Assembly: GCF_001194135.2 (NCBI RefSeq)
Contig: NC_068984.1
Location: 102,933,026 to 102,997,025, forward strand
Length of the DNA stretch: 64,000 nt
Source of the DNA: Octopus bimaculoides
Taxonomy: Eukaryota
Reading direction: 5' to 3'
In this document: positions 24,650 through 39,258 of the stretch, in pieces
How the letters are laid out: every line of letters begins with the position of its first letter
Position numbering within the stretch: the first letter of the stretch is position 1
Made by a program: the position numbers and the translations under genes
The notes under the pieces: generated by a model
The model's database searches: none
Told to the model about the DNA's origin: nothing
What the model saw: only the letters and a program-made list of their open reading frames with translations

Positions 24650-25376
24650 ATCCCCCTCAATCACATCTTACACTTTGACAAAAGAGGACATGTATAATGT
24701 AATCCTTGATCTAAAAAAGTGAGCCAGTGGCCACAAACATGAATGTAGATAAATTGGGCAAGTGGTGATGTACTGAAAGACGCATGTAAAATACTCTCAA
24801 TTAATTGAAATTTGCCTTTCAGTTGCTGAAGAAAACAAAAGCTAGTCGTTGGATATTCTCAAAGAAAAGGTTGAGAAATGCTAGGTAGATATATTAAAGC
24901 AAGATAGGAAGGTCCCTGCTGTCACGCCTTTGATTATATGTCTACTCTCACGGGCATATGCAGGGCTAAAAACAAAAACAATATACTTCTAGATTTATTC
25001 AATGCAGTATAAACTTAACAACAACAAAAACAACGAGGACGACGAGGGATACACTCGAAGGATTAATATTGAACCCCCAAAATCAATATTTAGATTTATT
25101 TTCCTTATCACCTTACTCAGTTCAAAACACATATGAGCTGAACCAAACTCGCCCCATATTCGAAGGGATTGGCTTCTGAATCTATTTATGTTGATAATTA
25201 GTTCATGCATTAAAAAAGGGACATTATATATCACACCACCAGTTAATCTGTTCAAAGCTCAATATTTTAATACTTCTAGTTTTGTAGTTTACATTTTATT
25301 TGTAATTGTTTTCTTTTCCTGGCACCTCTCTCCCTCCTTCTCTCACCCTCTCCGTCTCTCTTTCTATGCCTCCCCA

Positions 25377-25460
<84 letters not shown>

Positions 25461-25799
25461 CTAATCATAAATAGTTCCCTCTATCGTGCCATGTCTGCTG
25501 ATTAAATGTCTTTTATACTGAAGTTCGACTACGGCATGCAGTGAAACGGATTAAATATGTATTAAGATTTTAATCTAAATCCCTTTTATTACAACAGTAG
25601 GGACTCTTAATATATATATAAGTAATTTACAATGTATTTCATACATAAGCACAAGGTCTCCTTTTGTTTTATATTCTGAGGAGAAGCGACTGAGCGCAAA
25701 GCTTTCACAGGCCCGCCAAGATTCGATGCATGAACAAGTGAATTGAGATTAATATGGCTAATGTTTAATTCGAATTCACAAAGTTCAATACACAGAGTA

Positions 25800-26330
25800 A
25801 ACAATGTATATTCTGAGAATAATAAATAGATTAATTTCTTTTGGTGAAAGATTCAATAAAAGAGCATTGGTAATAAAACTCACCTGACTGAATGCAGGAA
25901 AAGTGGGGGAGTGTACGTTGTGTTTGATGTGAGGTGTATTATTATTTAGCGAGTTAAAAGGAATATTGACCTTTGTGGAAAGTATGAATGAGCAAAGCAA
26001 TTGCCTATGATTAACAGCCTACATTCTACCGAGTGGTCGGTAGTTTTTACCATGTACCTAGCAGATCACTGTCTGTAGCGAAAGCATTTAACTTGCAAGT
26101 GGCCCAGTGCTTTTTGCTGTAAATGGACTCTACAGGGAAATGAACACCTCGACTTTTAATCAGTAATAACACTACAATTAATGAACAATTTGTTAGCTTG
26201 CAGCATTTATGTGAGTACAGGACTAGATCCCGCTTATCTGATTTGCTCTAGATACCTGACGTGGTGTTTCATGATACAGGGAACTTGCAATTGAAACCGT
26301 GTTAGGAACTTTATTCAGTGTGTATTTACC
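25800..26330 (-). mobile_element. possible very old Penelope-like GIY-YIG remnant
   Basis: Reverse complement has a C..ARY(M)VKTT.H-like segment resembling the GIY-YIG C..C...YIGKT motif; heavily decayed. Confidence 0.3.
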
Positions 26331-26629
26331 TCTACTCTAATTAAGAAATAACGACTGGGAAATTAAGTTCCCTTCACATTTTTAGTAACAATTAAGAAAA
26401 AAATAACACAAATATTCAACGAAGAGGATGAGATTTTGTAACACTCATGCGTTTTCTCACTTAAATTTTGCAGCTTAAGTAACAGATTTACAAAGGGGAA
26501 TTGAAAATGTTATCATGGACTCGTCTTGTAGTACATTAACATTCTCCAACCATACCACACCTGATACATTTAGAATTTAAAATTAACTACAATTATACAC
26601 CCATTCATGAATTTAACTTTGTTAACCTG

Positions 26630-26674
<45 letters not shown>

Positions 26675-27137
26675 GTATATATCCATTGATTTTTTTCCCC
26701 TCATTTTCTTTTAATGTGAGATAAATTTGTGATCAAAAACCGAGTGAGTTTGTTATAGGAATTAGATAAATATAAAGAACTGTTTAGGAATATGTTTACA
26801 TACCACTCTTTGATTTACCGCTCGAAGAAATTTTTGAAATGGTAATTTTGGTTGGTGGCTTCTCCTTTCCGTTTGTTTTATATGATATTCATTTATCATT
26901 TGACTGCACCCAACCACACACCGTTCTTTACTCTATCCTATATTTTATCTCCCCGCTTTTATCTCGATATCATTCTCCGAACACCATAATTATACCTTTA
27001 ACCAACTGCTGCCAGCTGATCAATAGATGCAATCCCCCTACTTAAATTCTTTCGTTTAATCGCAATTACTTTTTGATTTTCTACATGAAGCACATGCGCT
27101 GAAATAACCGTAATCATGGATTTTACACACGCGTGTA

Positions 27138-27187
<50 letters not shown>

Positions 27188-27747
27188 TGTGTTTGTGTGT
27201 GTGTATGTGTGAGTGAAAGAGAGAGAGTGTGTGAGTGAGTGCGTGTGTGTGTGTGTGAGTTAGTGAGCGAGTGAGTGTATGTTTGAGTGTGTATGTATGT
27301 ATGTATGTATGTGTGAGTGAGTGTGTGTGTGCGTGTCTACATATATCTGTGTATACATATATCTGTGACTGTATGTGTGGGTATCTGTGGGTATCTGAAA
27401 GAATGTGTATATCGATATTTATATATATGTATACTCTTGTGTATATCGACTTAAATGTGTATTTACATATGAGAATATCTAATTATGAGTCTATCAATAT
27501 CCTATATAAATATTTATTTATCTACGACAAACAAAAAAAAAAGGAAAGAAATGAAATTCATGGATTGGGGAACGTTTGTTTTTACAAACGTGAAAACTAT
27601 TGAATATATCAGGTAGAATATGTATATTTTATTAGAAGTTGAGGCTTTTGAGAATCTAACTCGCAGTTTAACGCTACCGATTATTCTAACGACCGAATTG
27701 AAGGTAAACGTGAAACTCAAAATTCAATAACTTCGACTACTACTACA

Positions 27748-27793
<46 letters not shown>

Positions 27794-28513
27794 GCAGTTG
27801 TAATACGAATGTTTACATATGCATACACATATACATACATGTATGTAAATATATATATATATATGTATGTACACACACACATATACATATATAGATAGAA
27901 AGACACACTCACATATATGTGTGTATTTATACTTATACGTACCTATCACACAAATACAGATACACAAGCATGCAATATTTCAACTCATATGTACGTTTTT
28001 GCATTTAACTACACACAGTCATGTACGCATTTCTATGTGTGTGTTTATGCGCGCATACAGGAAAGAAAATTTATCTGTTCAATACTTCACTTCCTCTTTG
28101 ACAGCATAAATGGTATTCTTTTGTACAGTGCTGTATTCTTTAGGATATCGATTCTATCAGGATTCTTTTCCACATTGCTAAAACCATTCGCTGTTGTTTA
28201 GCCCAACGCAGCAGCTCTGAGCTGATAGGCATATGATCAAAGGTTACCAGATTTATCTGTCCCATCTTTTATTCAAATAGTTTTATCTTTTATCATTTAC
28301 TTCTTTCAGTCATTGGATTGTGACCATGCTGGGACACCGCCTACAAGACTTCGGTCGAACAAATATACCTCTGTACTCATTTTTAAGCGAGGTTTTTAAT
28401 CTAACGCTCTCCTGCCGAATCGCTATATTGCGGGGTCAAAATCTAACCAACAACGATTATCACAAAACAAACACAAGCACACACACACGCACGCACGCAC
28501 GCACACACACACA

Positions 28514-28565
<52 letters not shown>

Positions 28566-29055
28566 NNNNNNNNNNNNNNNNNNNNNNNNNNNNNNNNNNN
28601 NNNNNNNNNNNNNNNNNNNNNNNNNNNNNNNNNNNNNNNNNNNNNNNNNNNNNNNNNNNNNNNNNNNNNNNNNNNNNNNNNNNNNNNNNNNNNNNNNNNN
28701 NNNNNNNNNNNNNNNNNNNNNNNNNNNNNNNNNNNNNNNNNNNNNNNNNNNNNNNNNNNNNNNNNNNNNNNNNNNNNNNNNNNNNNNNNNNNNNNNNNNN
28801 NNNNNNNNNNNNNNNNNNNNNNNNNNNNNNNNNNNNNNNNNNNNNNNNNNNNNNNNNNNNNNNNNNNNNNNNNNNNNNNNNNNCCAAATCACAATGTTGG
28901 AAAGTAAGCGTCTTAATACCAGAACCACAACTCTACTTATTGTGTATCTATTGACCCATTTTTTTAATGCCAAATGCTTTTGGTTTAAGGAAGACTTAGT
29001 GATTAATTCTTTGAAAAGGTCGTGCTTTCTTCGCGTTATTGATTGGTCAGTCTTT

Positions 29056-29272
29056 CTAAGGCGGCGAGCTGGCAGAAACGTTAGCACGCCGGGAGAAATG
29101 CTTAGCAGTATTTCGTCTGTCTGTACGTTCTGAGTTCAAATTCCGCCGAGGTCGACTTTGACTCTCATCCTTTCGGGGTCGATAAATTAAGTACCAATTG
29201 CATACTGGGGGTCGATCTAATCGACTGGATCCCTCCGACAAAATTTCGGGCCTTGTGCCTAGAGTAGAAAAG
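29056..29272 (+). mobile_element. SINE family A
   Basis: Near-consensus complete copy. Confidence 0.92.
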
Positions 29273-29286
29273 AATAATTGGTCTTT

Positions 29287-29495
29287 CTAAGGCGGTGTGA
29301 TAGCAGAATCGTTAGCACGCCGGACAAATTGCTCAGCGTCATTTCGTCCGTCTTCTTGTTCTGAGCTCAAATTCCGCCGAGGCCGCCTTTCATCCTTTCG
29401 GGACCGATAAAATAAGTACGAGTTGATCACTGGAGTCGATGTCATTGACTTACCCCTACCCCGAAATCGCTATCCTTGTGCCAAAATTTAAAATC
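29287..29495 (+). mobile_element. SINE family A with 14-bp target-site duplication
   Basis: aataattggtcttt at 29273-29286 and 29496-29509. Confidence 0.9.
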
Positions 29496-30139
29496 AATAA
29501 TTGGTCTTTGCACCTAGAAATGTAATCAGTAATGATTCGGTTTCAAATAAAGATTTCACATTTCCATCTAACTCCTTTGGGAAGTACCATTGCCTGAGAA
29601 GTATGGTAATCTGCCAGAAACTGCTCAAAATGCAGTTTTGGTTTTATAGTTGAATCATTAATCCGCACCTCATGCCTTTCTCTGTCTAGTTCATCCTTCC
29701 GCTAATGTGGTACACTGCAAATAAAATTCACAGAGTTATTGTAGGCGCGCCTATGTAGTTGAATGACTTGCTAGAGACCTTGAACCATAACAAAAGAAAG
29801 GACACATTGGAGAACGGAGTTCTTCATATTTAAACAAAATGCTATATGAACGTTGAAATACTGTCCCTTTTGAGTTTTCTCGATCAGGGCTAATGTGAAG
29901 CTAAACAACAACAAGATCAACAGAATTTGTTTCATTTTATTTATAAAACTTAATTCTTTGTAAAGAACGTCACACAATTAACTCACGACTAAATTGGCAA
30001 TATCTGCAGTATAATAATAAATCATACAAATTGATCGTCGTTTTCCTTATCAGGTTCATACAACGACGGTCTCCTTACCGTATTGATTTTTGGAAAATAT
30101 TTCATCGGAGTTTTCTCATGATCGTTTCTGAGCAAAACA

Positions 30140-30719
30140 TCGAAACGTTCGTGAATGCCAGTCAATAGCTTCCTCATGAGTGGCAAACAGGATATCGGCC
30201 TGTAATTGTCTACCGTATTGCCTTTTTCGATGTTTTTCAAGCACAGCACTGTCCTACCCAATGTCAACCACTCTGGTGTTACTTGGTCGGTATTTAACAA
30301 GATGTTGGGCTGCACAGCTATTCGTGCATGACATTCACCAAATTTTTTGACCCAGTAGCTTTGAAATCCATCTGTTCCCGGGGCCTTCCAGTTGCTCATT
30401 TTTTTTCCTGATTTTCTTCACTTCCCTAACTGAAATGACTAGTTCTGCCTGTTTTGGACAGACTACTGTTTGTTTCAGTTCTTGCAACCATTCAACATCC
30501 TTCTTGTGCTCCTTGTCTTTGCTCCAGATGTCACTCTAAAACTTTGACTTTCATTGTTATCTGTTATTAACTTTTCATCTGTACACGCTCCATTTATTTC
30601 TTTATAGAATCTCTTCTAATCTACTCTGAATAACCTATTCTGCTCGTAACCCTGCACTCTTTGGTCGTATCTAACCATCTTTGCTTTCTTTGCAACGAGG
30701 CACTGTTTCAGTTCCTACA
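30140..30719 (-). mobile_element. R4/Dong-clade internal fragment, 5' end abutting (TAA)n
   Basis: [18 protein letters not shown]...[14 protein letters not shown]...[17 protein letters not shown]; (TAA)n tract at about 30720-30852 immediately 5' on the minus strand. Confidence 0.88.
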
Positions 30720-30761
30720 TTATTGTTATTATTATTATCATTATTATCATTATTATTATTA

Positions 30762-30854
<93 letters not shown>

Positions 30855-31991
30855 GTTCCACATATACAAAAACATCCATACCAACAATCCAACATACCTC
30901 CATCATCAGCTGCCCAACAGTCATCATCATGGTTTCGACACCTCGGCAGTACAATTCAATCTGACAGTGTCAACTGCACTAAAATAAGTGTTGTTTGGGA
31001 ACTAACAAACCAAAAAAACCACAACGTTCAAACACATTTACCCTATGTACAACCGTATCGGTCAATAAATTCAATAAGTAAATTACAACCAACTCCTAAA
31101 TACGTAACTAAACAGCGATCAATCCATTAAGTCATACAAAAATTATAATCCCTACCATCTTCCATATTATAATATAAAAGTGAAAGCTTAATAACCACAT
31201 TCATTTGATCAATCAATTTTTAAGCAGGATTAAACACCAACTTTAATAAAACTACAACAAAAAACATATGAACCAATGTACATTGCATCGGTATTAATGG
31301 TAAACTGCAATAACAAAATTATATGCTAAATCACGACCAATCTTTAAGTCTATACAAATAATAATCCCATCAGTCTTCCATAGTTACTACTATAATAAAA
31401 GCTTTATATAAATCTCTCCAAAACAAAACAAATACGATTGAAATTAATTTAACTAATAATATAATAATTATGAGTGAAATACATTATTTCATCATCAAAC
31501 GTTAATAGTAAAATACTACATACTACATACACATTAATATCTCTCTCTCTCCCTATATATATATGAAAAATTAATATAAAGAGCCAAGCGCAATGTGTTA
31601 CCATAAAGAAAAAATTCAGTCGTCACTAAATGTGACTAAGGGTGCCACATACATTGCTAAAAATAAGAGTTAAAATACTCTTAATGGTATAGAAAGTGCG
31701 CAAATGTATACATGCTAACAGGGGTTGTAACCCATCACCGACACGAGAATTACTCAGACTAAACAATTAGTTTCTCCTATTTCCGCATGCTTCGTCAGTG
31801 AGGACAGTTCGTGCGGCAGATTTCGGGCAATTCCGTCTGTCAGCAAATATGTATTTACCATAGAAATCTATGAATGATTTAGCGGAATGCTAATGCGTAT
31901 ACAAAAAATTAATATAAACAGTTAATTGCAATGTGTTACTATAAAGGAAAAATCCAATTGTCACTAAATGTGACTAATGGTGCCTAGACAC

Positions 31992-32075
<84 letters not shown>

Positions 32076-32100
32076 ACACACACACACAGATAGATAAATC

Positions 32101-32143
<43 letters not shown>

Positions 32144-32195
32144 TTTTGTGTGTGTTGGGGTGGGTGTGTACGTATGAAATTAATTACGTCTAAAA

Positions 32196-32609
32196 CAAGG
32201 GTTCCCAACGGGTGGCCCCCGACACCCTGGGGTGTCGTGTAGTAGCTTGGGATAATATTAATTTCTACTTTCCAATTACATTTTTCATGCTCTTACCTAT
32301 TTTTTGCATTTGTTTCATTGAAAAACAATGCGTGTTACAGCGAGTCAATGTCATTACTTAACATTGGAGGTGTCTGTATGCGTGCCTGTGCGTGTATATG
32401 CCTGTGTGAATGTGCATGTGTATCAGCAAGTGTCTGTATGTGTCTGCACTAGAGAGTATGTGAGCGTATGCGCATGTACGTATGCTTGAGTGTTTGTTTA
32501 GCTGTGCTTAAGCATGTGCGCTCAGTTACTCGTAGTGCTGTAGCGCGTCCCGTGTGTGTGTGTGGGTGTGTGTGTGTGTGTGTGTGTGTGCCTGTGCCTG
32601 TGCGCGCGC

Positions 32610-32699
<90 letters not shown>

Positions 32700-33858
32700 A
32701 TGTGTGCGCGCGCTGGTGACACGTGAGTCGCATACCGTCACTGATTGGTCGATTGGTAATGCAAAGACATGAATTCTGACCACGAAGTCCTTTCTACACA
32801 GTAGTACGTTGGTTATCGAAAAGGAACGTTGATAATCGTGTCTTCAAGATGGAAGATGAAATAAACCTATTCCTGAATGCTTAAGAAAAGAAAGATCTTG
32901 TAGCTCACTTCGAAGATGAAGCACAGAACAAAAGGGTTGCGTACCTCGCCGACATTTTCGACCAGCTGAACAAGTTAAATTTGAAGTTTCAAGGAAGGGA
33001 AGCGCATATTCTCCTTTTTCAAGATAATCTCCGGGCCTTTGTTTCCAAACTGCAGAACTGGCATCGGAAAACCAATCTTGGAAACATCGCTATGATCAAA
33101 AAACTTTATGGAATGATGGATGGGTCTCGGGTCCAACTGGATCAGTTCCGCAAGGATGAGATTACTGAACATCGTCAGTCTCTAGAAGAGGAAATTTGAG
33201 CGATACTTCCCTGAGCTATCAGAAGAACAGGAGACCCTGGTAACGAACCCATTTTGTACTGCACTTGATGTATCCAGCATCCCAAATGAGATGCAATAAG
33301 AAGTTCTGGATCTAAGAAACGACTCCCCAGCTCGTGATCCCTTCAAGTTGAAATCGGTGACTCAGTTCTGGTGCGCTATGTATCAGTCATGATAGCACTA
33401 CGCGTCCTTGTTCCATTTGCTTCTTCCATTTGCTTCTTCCATTTGTGAGGCAGGATTTTCAACTGTTGTCAATATAAAAACGAAGAATAGGAACAGATTG
33501 GATGTTGAAGATGACATGAGACCGGTTCTAACAAACGCTCGGCCACGAATTCCAAGGCTTGTTGTTTAAATACAACATCACGCATCTCACTAGCTAGGCT
33601 CGATAGTTGTTCAAACCTATGTTGATATTATTGTAAGAATAATTGTGGTCTTTTTGTGAATTAAGGTTGGACCAGTGTTGTGATTTAGTTTACTAATAAA
33701 TAATTACCGGATTCTTGAATAAATTCTTTATTAGATGTTTCTTTCACTCCTCTTCACAGAAAATAAAATGTAAATCAAGCTGCTGATAGTAGTGGGGTCG
33801 CGGGGGTTTCAAGCTTTTGGGTAAGGGGTCGCGAGTGTCAAAACGTTGGAAACCGCTG
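32196..33858 (+). mobile_element. hAT transposon (Buster/Charlie type), internally deleted
   Basis: TIRs caagggttcccaacg / cgttggaaaccgctg; 8-bp TSD gtctaaaa / gtcaaaaa; transposase remnant at about 32790-33590 (VRWLS, AYLADIFDQLNKLNLKFQG, CEAGFS, KTKNRNRLDVEDDMR) with stops. Confidence 0.92.
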
Positions 33859-33995
33859 GTCAAAAAGATGCCTCTCCATTCGCCTTTGGTGAATGTAGTT
33901 TCATCTAGAATTTGGTGTAAACAGACAGTAATCGACCCTGAAACGTAATACCATCCTGTTGGTGGGTCAGCAGAGGTATGTGTGAATGTATGCAT

Positions 33996-34027
<32 letters not shown>

Positions 34028-34569
34028 AAGAGGGAGAGAGAGAGAGAGTGAGAGAGAGAGAGATAGAGAGAGAGAGAGTGAGAGAGAGTGAGAGAGAGTG
34101 AGAGAGAGAGAGGGTGAGTGAGAGAGAGAAAGAGCGTATGTATGTAAATTCCGCTTACAGTAAAAATACGTTACAACAACCAGAATGAAAACATTAATAT
34201 CAACACGACGCTACAATGCCACACATAACGCACAATGCTGCACAATGCATTTCATAACATACAAATTTCTATGCAGACGGGAAAATTGTAAACTTCGTTG
34301 CTCAAAATGTTACACGAAACACACCACTACAGTTTCTCGCCGATTGAACATTATTTGCTACAAGGAGCTATTACATCACTTTTCAATAGACAATAGTAAG
34401 CTTAACCAGAAAGAAAAAATTATTAATAATACTACAGCCCATATATAATTTCTTAAAAAGAAATTGGAAATTAGTTATGCAAGTGTTGTTAAAGGCAGCA
34501 AAAATTATATATATTTCATACGTGGAATTTGTTAACATAGAGTTAACAGTTTAAATTATTTAAGATCGG

Positions 34570-34911
34570 TGACGATGATTTTGTTGGTTGGAATATAATT
34601 CCATTGATTTTTGTTGCCTACTGCAAAAGAAAATGGAACATTGGTATATTTGTGTGGTAAGAAAATGGCATGATCCCGCTAACCCACCCTCCCTATTCAC
34701 CAGATTTTGCTCCCTGCAACTTTATTTTGTTCCCCCAAATGAAAAAAAATCCTTAAAGGAAAACGTCTTGCAGATATGGAAGAGGTGAAGAAGAAATGAC
34801 GGAGGCGTTAAAAAGCATCACGTTGCAAGAGTTCCAACACTGCTTCGAACAGTGGAAAACGCCTTTGGGCCGAGGCATTGCTTCAAATGGAAAATACTTT
34901 GAAGGCGATAA
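34570..34911 (+). mobile_element. mariner transposase C-terminal remnant
   Basis: HPPYSPDFAPCNF.LFP.MKK.LKGKR...EFQHCFEQWK...ASNGKYFEGD. Confidence 0.85.
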
Positions 34912-35979
34912 AAATGTAAACATCAACCATAGCGAGGGACATTCCACAGTTGAATTAGAACAGTCACAAACAGTGAAAGAAGACACGCACCCAAACACCA
35001 GAGCTGAAGACACCTCCGAAAGGAGGGGCACCGCCACGTCAAAACGGTAGAGGAGTAGGGGCCGAAACCGGACGTGGTTCCTCCTGATGATGTATTGAGC
35101 TAACTGGATCCTATAAAGGAGCTGTTGTGGTAGCAGACCACGAAACATGGTTGAAATTCCTCAGAAGTGGATAGAATAATATTGCAACATTCCGGTTTCT
35201 TTTGGGTACACTCTCATATATGCATGTGTGTTTATGTATAAAACATTTATGCCTCTGTTCTACGCACGTGTGTAGCACGTGTGTAAGTACTTGTGTGTCA
35301 CTTTTCTGACTTTGTGGATACACATCATTTATTCACCATGTGTAGTGCTTCATTTATGTTTCTATATGTCTTCGTGCGATTTCATATTTGTGAATATATG
35401 TGATTATACGTGTTTGAGAGAGCTGGCGCTATCCTCAATTTTTATATCGAATTATCGGCCAGAAACGTCATACACAAAAAGAAAACATTTCGGTGGAAGG
35501 AAACGAGTGGATGATAGTTAATCAATAATTTGAAAATGTGAATATATTTTGAATTATAAATCAGGTATAGAGTCGCTGTTTTGTAAATAAATTGTATGTA
35601 TCTAAATATATTAATCTTGCACACGAAAATACAAACACGCAGCTGAAAATACATACAAACATGATTTATAAATACATGAATCATATACAGTTGTGTTTAA
35701 TGAAGTAATATAGATAAACATACACATGTATATACATCATATAGCATGTTTCTGTGAGTCTGTATGCATGCATGTGCGTGCATTATATTAAAAACGAAAT
35801 TATGTTCGAATTTAAGCTTTTTCAATAATGAATTTCCCTGTTTTTTAATAGGCCTATGCATATAGTTTCAAACAATAACGTACCTAGCTCCATTAATGTT
35901 TCTACACCTTTTCGTTCTCATTTCCTAAATGATGTGTTGATGGTGGTCGTGTTATTTATTTCGTGGTGATGTGTTTTAT

Positions 35980-36364
35980 CTTTTTACTTGTTTTGGTCGT
36001 TGAAATGAGACCATGCTGGAGTACCACATAGGAGAGTTTTAGTTGACCAAACCGACCTTAGTACTCGATTTTTAAAGTTTTGTACTTATACCATAGGGTT
36101 TTTTGATAAGCAGCTACCTTACGGGGATGGAAAGAAACCGACACTAGTTTCCAAGTGGTGTGGGGACTGACTCATACACAAGGACACACACACATGCATA
36201 TATTTATATGCGGGCTTCTATCAGTTTCCGTCTTCCAAATCCACTCACTGGGCTTTGGTCGCCCTGAGGTTATAGTTGAAGATGCTTGCCCAAAATACCA
36301 CGCAGTGGGACTGAACCTAGAACCATGTGGTTGGGAAGTAAGCTTCTTACCACACAGCCACGCC
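35980..36364 (-). mobile_element. SINE family B, diverged full copy
   Basis: Reverse-complement head ccacacagccacgcc, CORE-like domain and decayed tail (accatgctggagtacc). Confidence 0.8.
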
Positions 36365-36456
36365 AATAATTCTCTCTCTCTTTCTTTCTTTCAGTCTTTC
36401 TTTTTTCTTTCTTTCTTTCTTTTTTCTTTCTTTCTTTCTCTCTCTCACTCTCTCTC

Positions 36457-36492
<36 letters not shown>

Positions 36493-37146
36493 ATCGGTGA
36501 AGCTCGTAGTCGATAAACTATAAAGAACAGCGTGTAAATATTGGTTGGATAAAAAACGTTGAAGGCTGTGCGTAGGACTTTAACCCACACCTTCTGTAAA
36601 CATGACAGGCGTTCTATCATTAGACCAAAACAATCATTCAAATTTGTTTATTTAATTTAGAAACTTTATTCTTACCAGCAAGAACTGTAGTGGGTTCGAG
36701 GCCTACGGGTAGTCTTTGATTTTACTATCCAAGGGTTTTTTTTATCCAATATCTACACGCCATTATTTATAGCTATAGCCTTATCTGCTTCGAGTTTCAC
36801 CGTCCCAAAATAGGAATTATTTAAATTTCACTCAAAGGTTATGAACTCTTATGACATCAGCGATATGTATATATAAACTGCTCATCTAGCTGTAGGAAAT
36901 CTCCCTATCGTAAATATGTAATATTTTTTTTAAAAGTGAAAGATTGTAATTCATTCATTCCGTTTGTTTTTTACATAGAGGCCGATCATAACCCCTACAT
37001 GGATATCTAAATTGTGGTTGGGATTACCTTGTGTAATTAGCTTGATTAGAGAAATTAAGCTGTGCTTTGCGAAGTGCAGTTATACCTAGTTATCCCCATA
37101 CGCGTACACACGCGCTCGCGCGCGCATACATTTTATTTCTCTCCCG

Positions 37147-37194
<48 letters not shown>

Positions 37195-37280
37195 TACACA
37201 CACAAACATACATGCACATTAACACAGAGATACAGACATATATAGAGAGACACAAAGAGATGGCGATAAAAATTATACAT

Positions 37281-37424
37281 AGGTGCATGTGCTTACCAAC
37301 TACATGGTTCCGGGTTCAGTCCCGCTGCATGGCACCTTAGGCAAGTGTCTTCTACTATAACCTCGGGCCGACCAAAACCTTGTGAGTGGATTTGGTAGAT
37401 AGAAACTAAAAGAAACCCGTCGTA
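37281..37424 (+). mobile_element. SINE family B, 5' half
   Basis: ggttccgggttcagtccc...gcaccttaggcaagtgtcttc...ccgtcgtata. Confidence 0.85.
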
Positions 37425-37425
37425 T

Positions 37426-37524
<99 letters not shown>

Positions 37525-38916
37525 NNNNNNNNNNNNNNNNNNNNNNNNNNNNNNNNNNNNNNNNNNNNNNNNNNNNNNNNNNNNNNNNNNNNNNNNNNNN
37601 NNNNNNNNNNNNNNNNNNNNNNNNNNNNNNNNNNNNNNNNNNNNNNNNNNNNNNNNNNNNNNNNNNNNNNNNNNNNNNNNNNNNNNNNNNNNNNNNNNNN
37701 NNNNNNNNNNNNNNNNNNNNNNNNNNNNNNNNNNNNNNNNNNNNNNNNNNNNNNNNNNNNNNNNNNNNNNNNNNNNNNNNNNNNNNNNNNNNNNNNNNNN
37801 NNNNNNNNNNNNNNNNNNNNNNNNNNNNNNNNNNNNNNNNNNNNNNNNNNNNNNNNNNNNNNNNNNNNNNNNNNNNNNNNNNNNNNNNNNNNNNNNNNNN
37901 NNNNNNNNNNNNNNNNNNNNNNNNNNNNNNNNNNNNNNNNNNNNNNNNNNNNNNNNNNNNNNNNNNNNNNNNNNNNNNNNNNNNNNNNNNNNNNNNNNNN
38001 NNNNNNNNNNNNNNNNNNNNNNNNNNNNNNNNNNNNNNNNNNNNNNNNNNNNNNNNNNNNNNNNNNNNNNNNNNNNNNNNNNNNNNNNNNNNNNNNNNNN
38101 NNNNNNNNNNNNNNNNNNNNNNNNNNNNNNNNNNNNNNNNNNNNNNNNNNNNNNNNNNNNNNNNNNNNNNNNNNNNNNNNNNNNNNNNNNNNNNNNNNNN
38201 NNNNNNNNNNNNNNNNNNNNNNNNNNNNNNNNNNNNNNNNNNNNNNNNNNNNNNNNNNNNNNNNNNNNNNNNNNNNNNNNNNNNNNNNNNNNNNNNNNNN
38301 NNNNNNNNNNNNNNNNNNNNNNNNNNNNNNNNNNNNTATATATGCTCACACATGCGTGCGTGCGCATGTAATCATATGCGGATAATTTTGCGAGTGCGTA
38401 CTGGTTGAAGAGAAGGCGTGTATATTTTCTAGTAGATATCTAAGGCGCTTAAAACCGATTCGGTTCTTGTAATACTAAATAACAATCTTTCTATTGGTCC
38501 ATAATCATAATCTTTTCGTATAAGAAGTTCTCTTGAGGATTTACTTCATTAGATAAGAACATACAATTCGAAGATGGAGAATTCTTTTATTTTTACGTTG
38601 TGTTTTTTTTTCCCCCTTATGTTTATACAAGACAAACTATTTTATTGATATTGCCGTCTCTTGACTGTCCACGACTCCAAGTGTGCTTTTCAATTCGATT
38701 TTCTCCTTAGGACATTTATGATTGTGTGTGTGTGTGTGTGTGTTTGTGTGTGCATGCGTGAGTGTGTGTGTGTGCGTGTTTGTGAGTGTGTGTGTGCACG
38801 CGTGCGTGTGTGTGTATGTGTATGTACATATAGGTATGCGTATATATTCTTTTACTTCTTTAAGTCATTTTGACTGCGACCAAATATATACACACACACA
38901 CACAAACAAACACACA

Positions 38917-38979
<63 letters not shown>

Positions 38980-39189
38980 TTCTCAACATTTGTTGCCATA
39001 CGTGTCCTATGAGTCTTTGTTTACCTATCTATCTATTTATCTATCTATGTCTCTCTCTCTCTATCNNNNNNNNNNNNNNNNNNNNNNNNNNNNNNNNNNN
39101 NNNNNNNNNNNTCTCTCTCTCCATCGGTATTTGCAAATATATTTAACTCTCCAGCTTTCAGCATTTATCTTTCTATCTCACCCTGTAAA

Positions 39190-39258
<69 letters not shown>

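Noticed and set aside
25670-25720. ctgagga...gcaaagctttc motif near the putative PLE remnant
   Set aside because: No proper GAAA or stem II, and on the opposite strand to the remnant.
31770-31810. Minus-strand ctgacga-agcatgc-ggaaa motif
   Set aside because: Stem II has no loop and stem III/cleavage triplet is missing.
34990-35155. Hammerhead-like pieces (ctgaaga-cctcc-gaaa-ggagg; ctgatga; gtggt-agcag-accac-gaaa-catg)
   Set aside because: Core halves and stems cannot be assembled in a valid order; may be decayed PLE ends.
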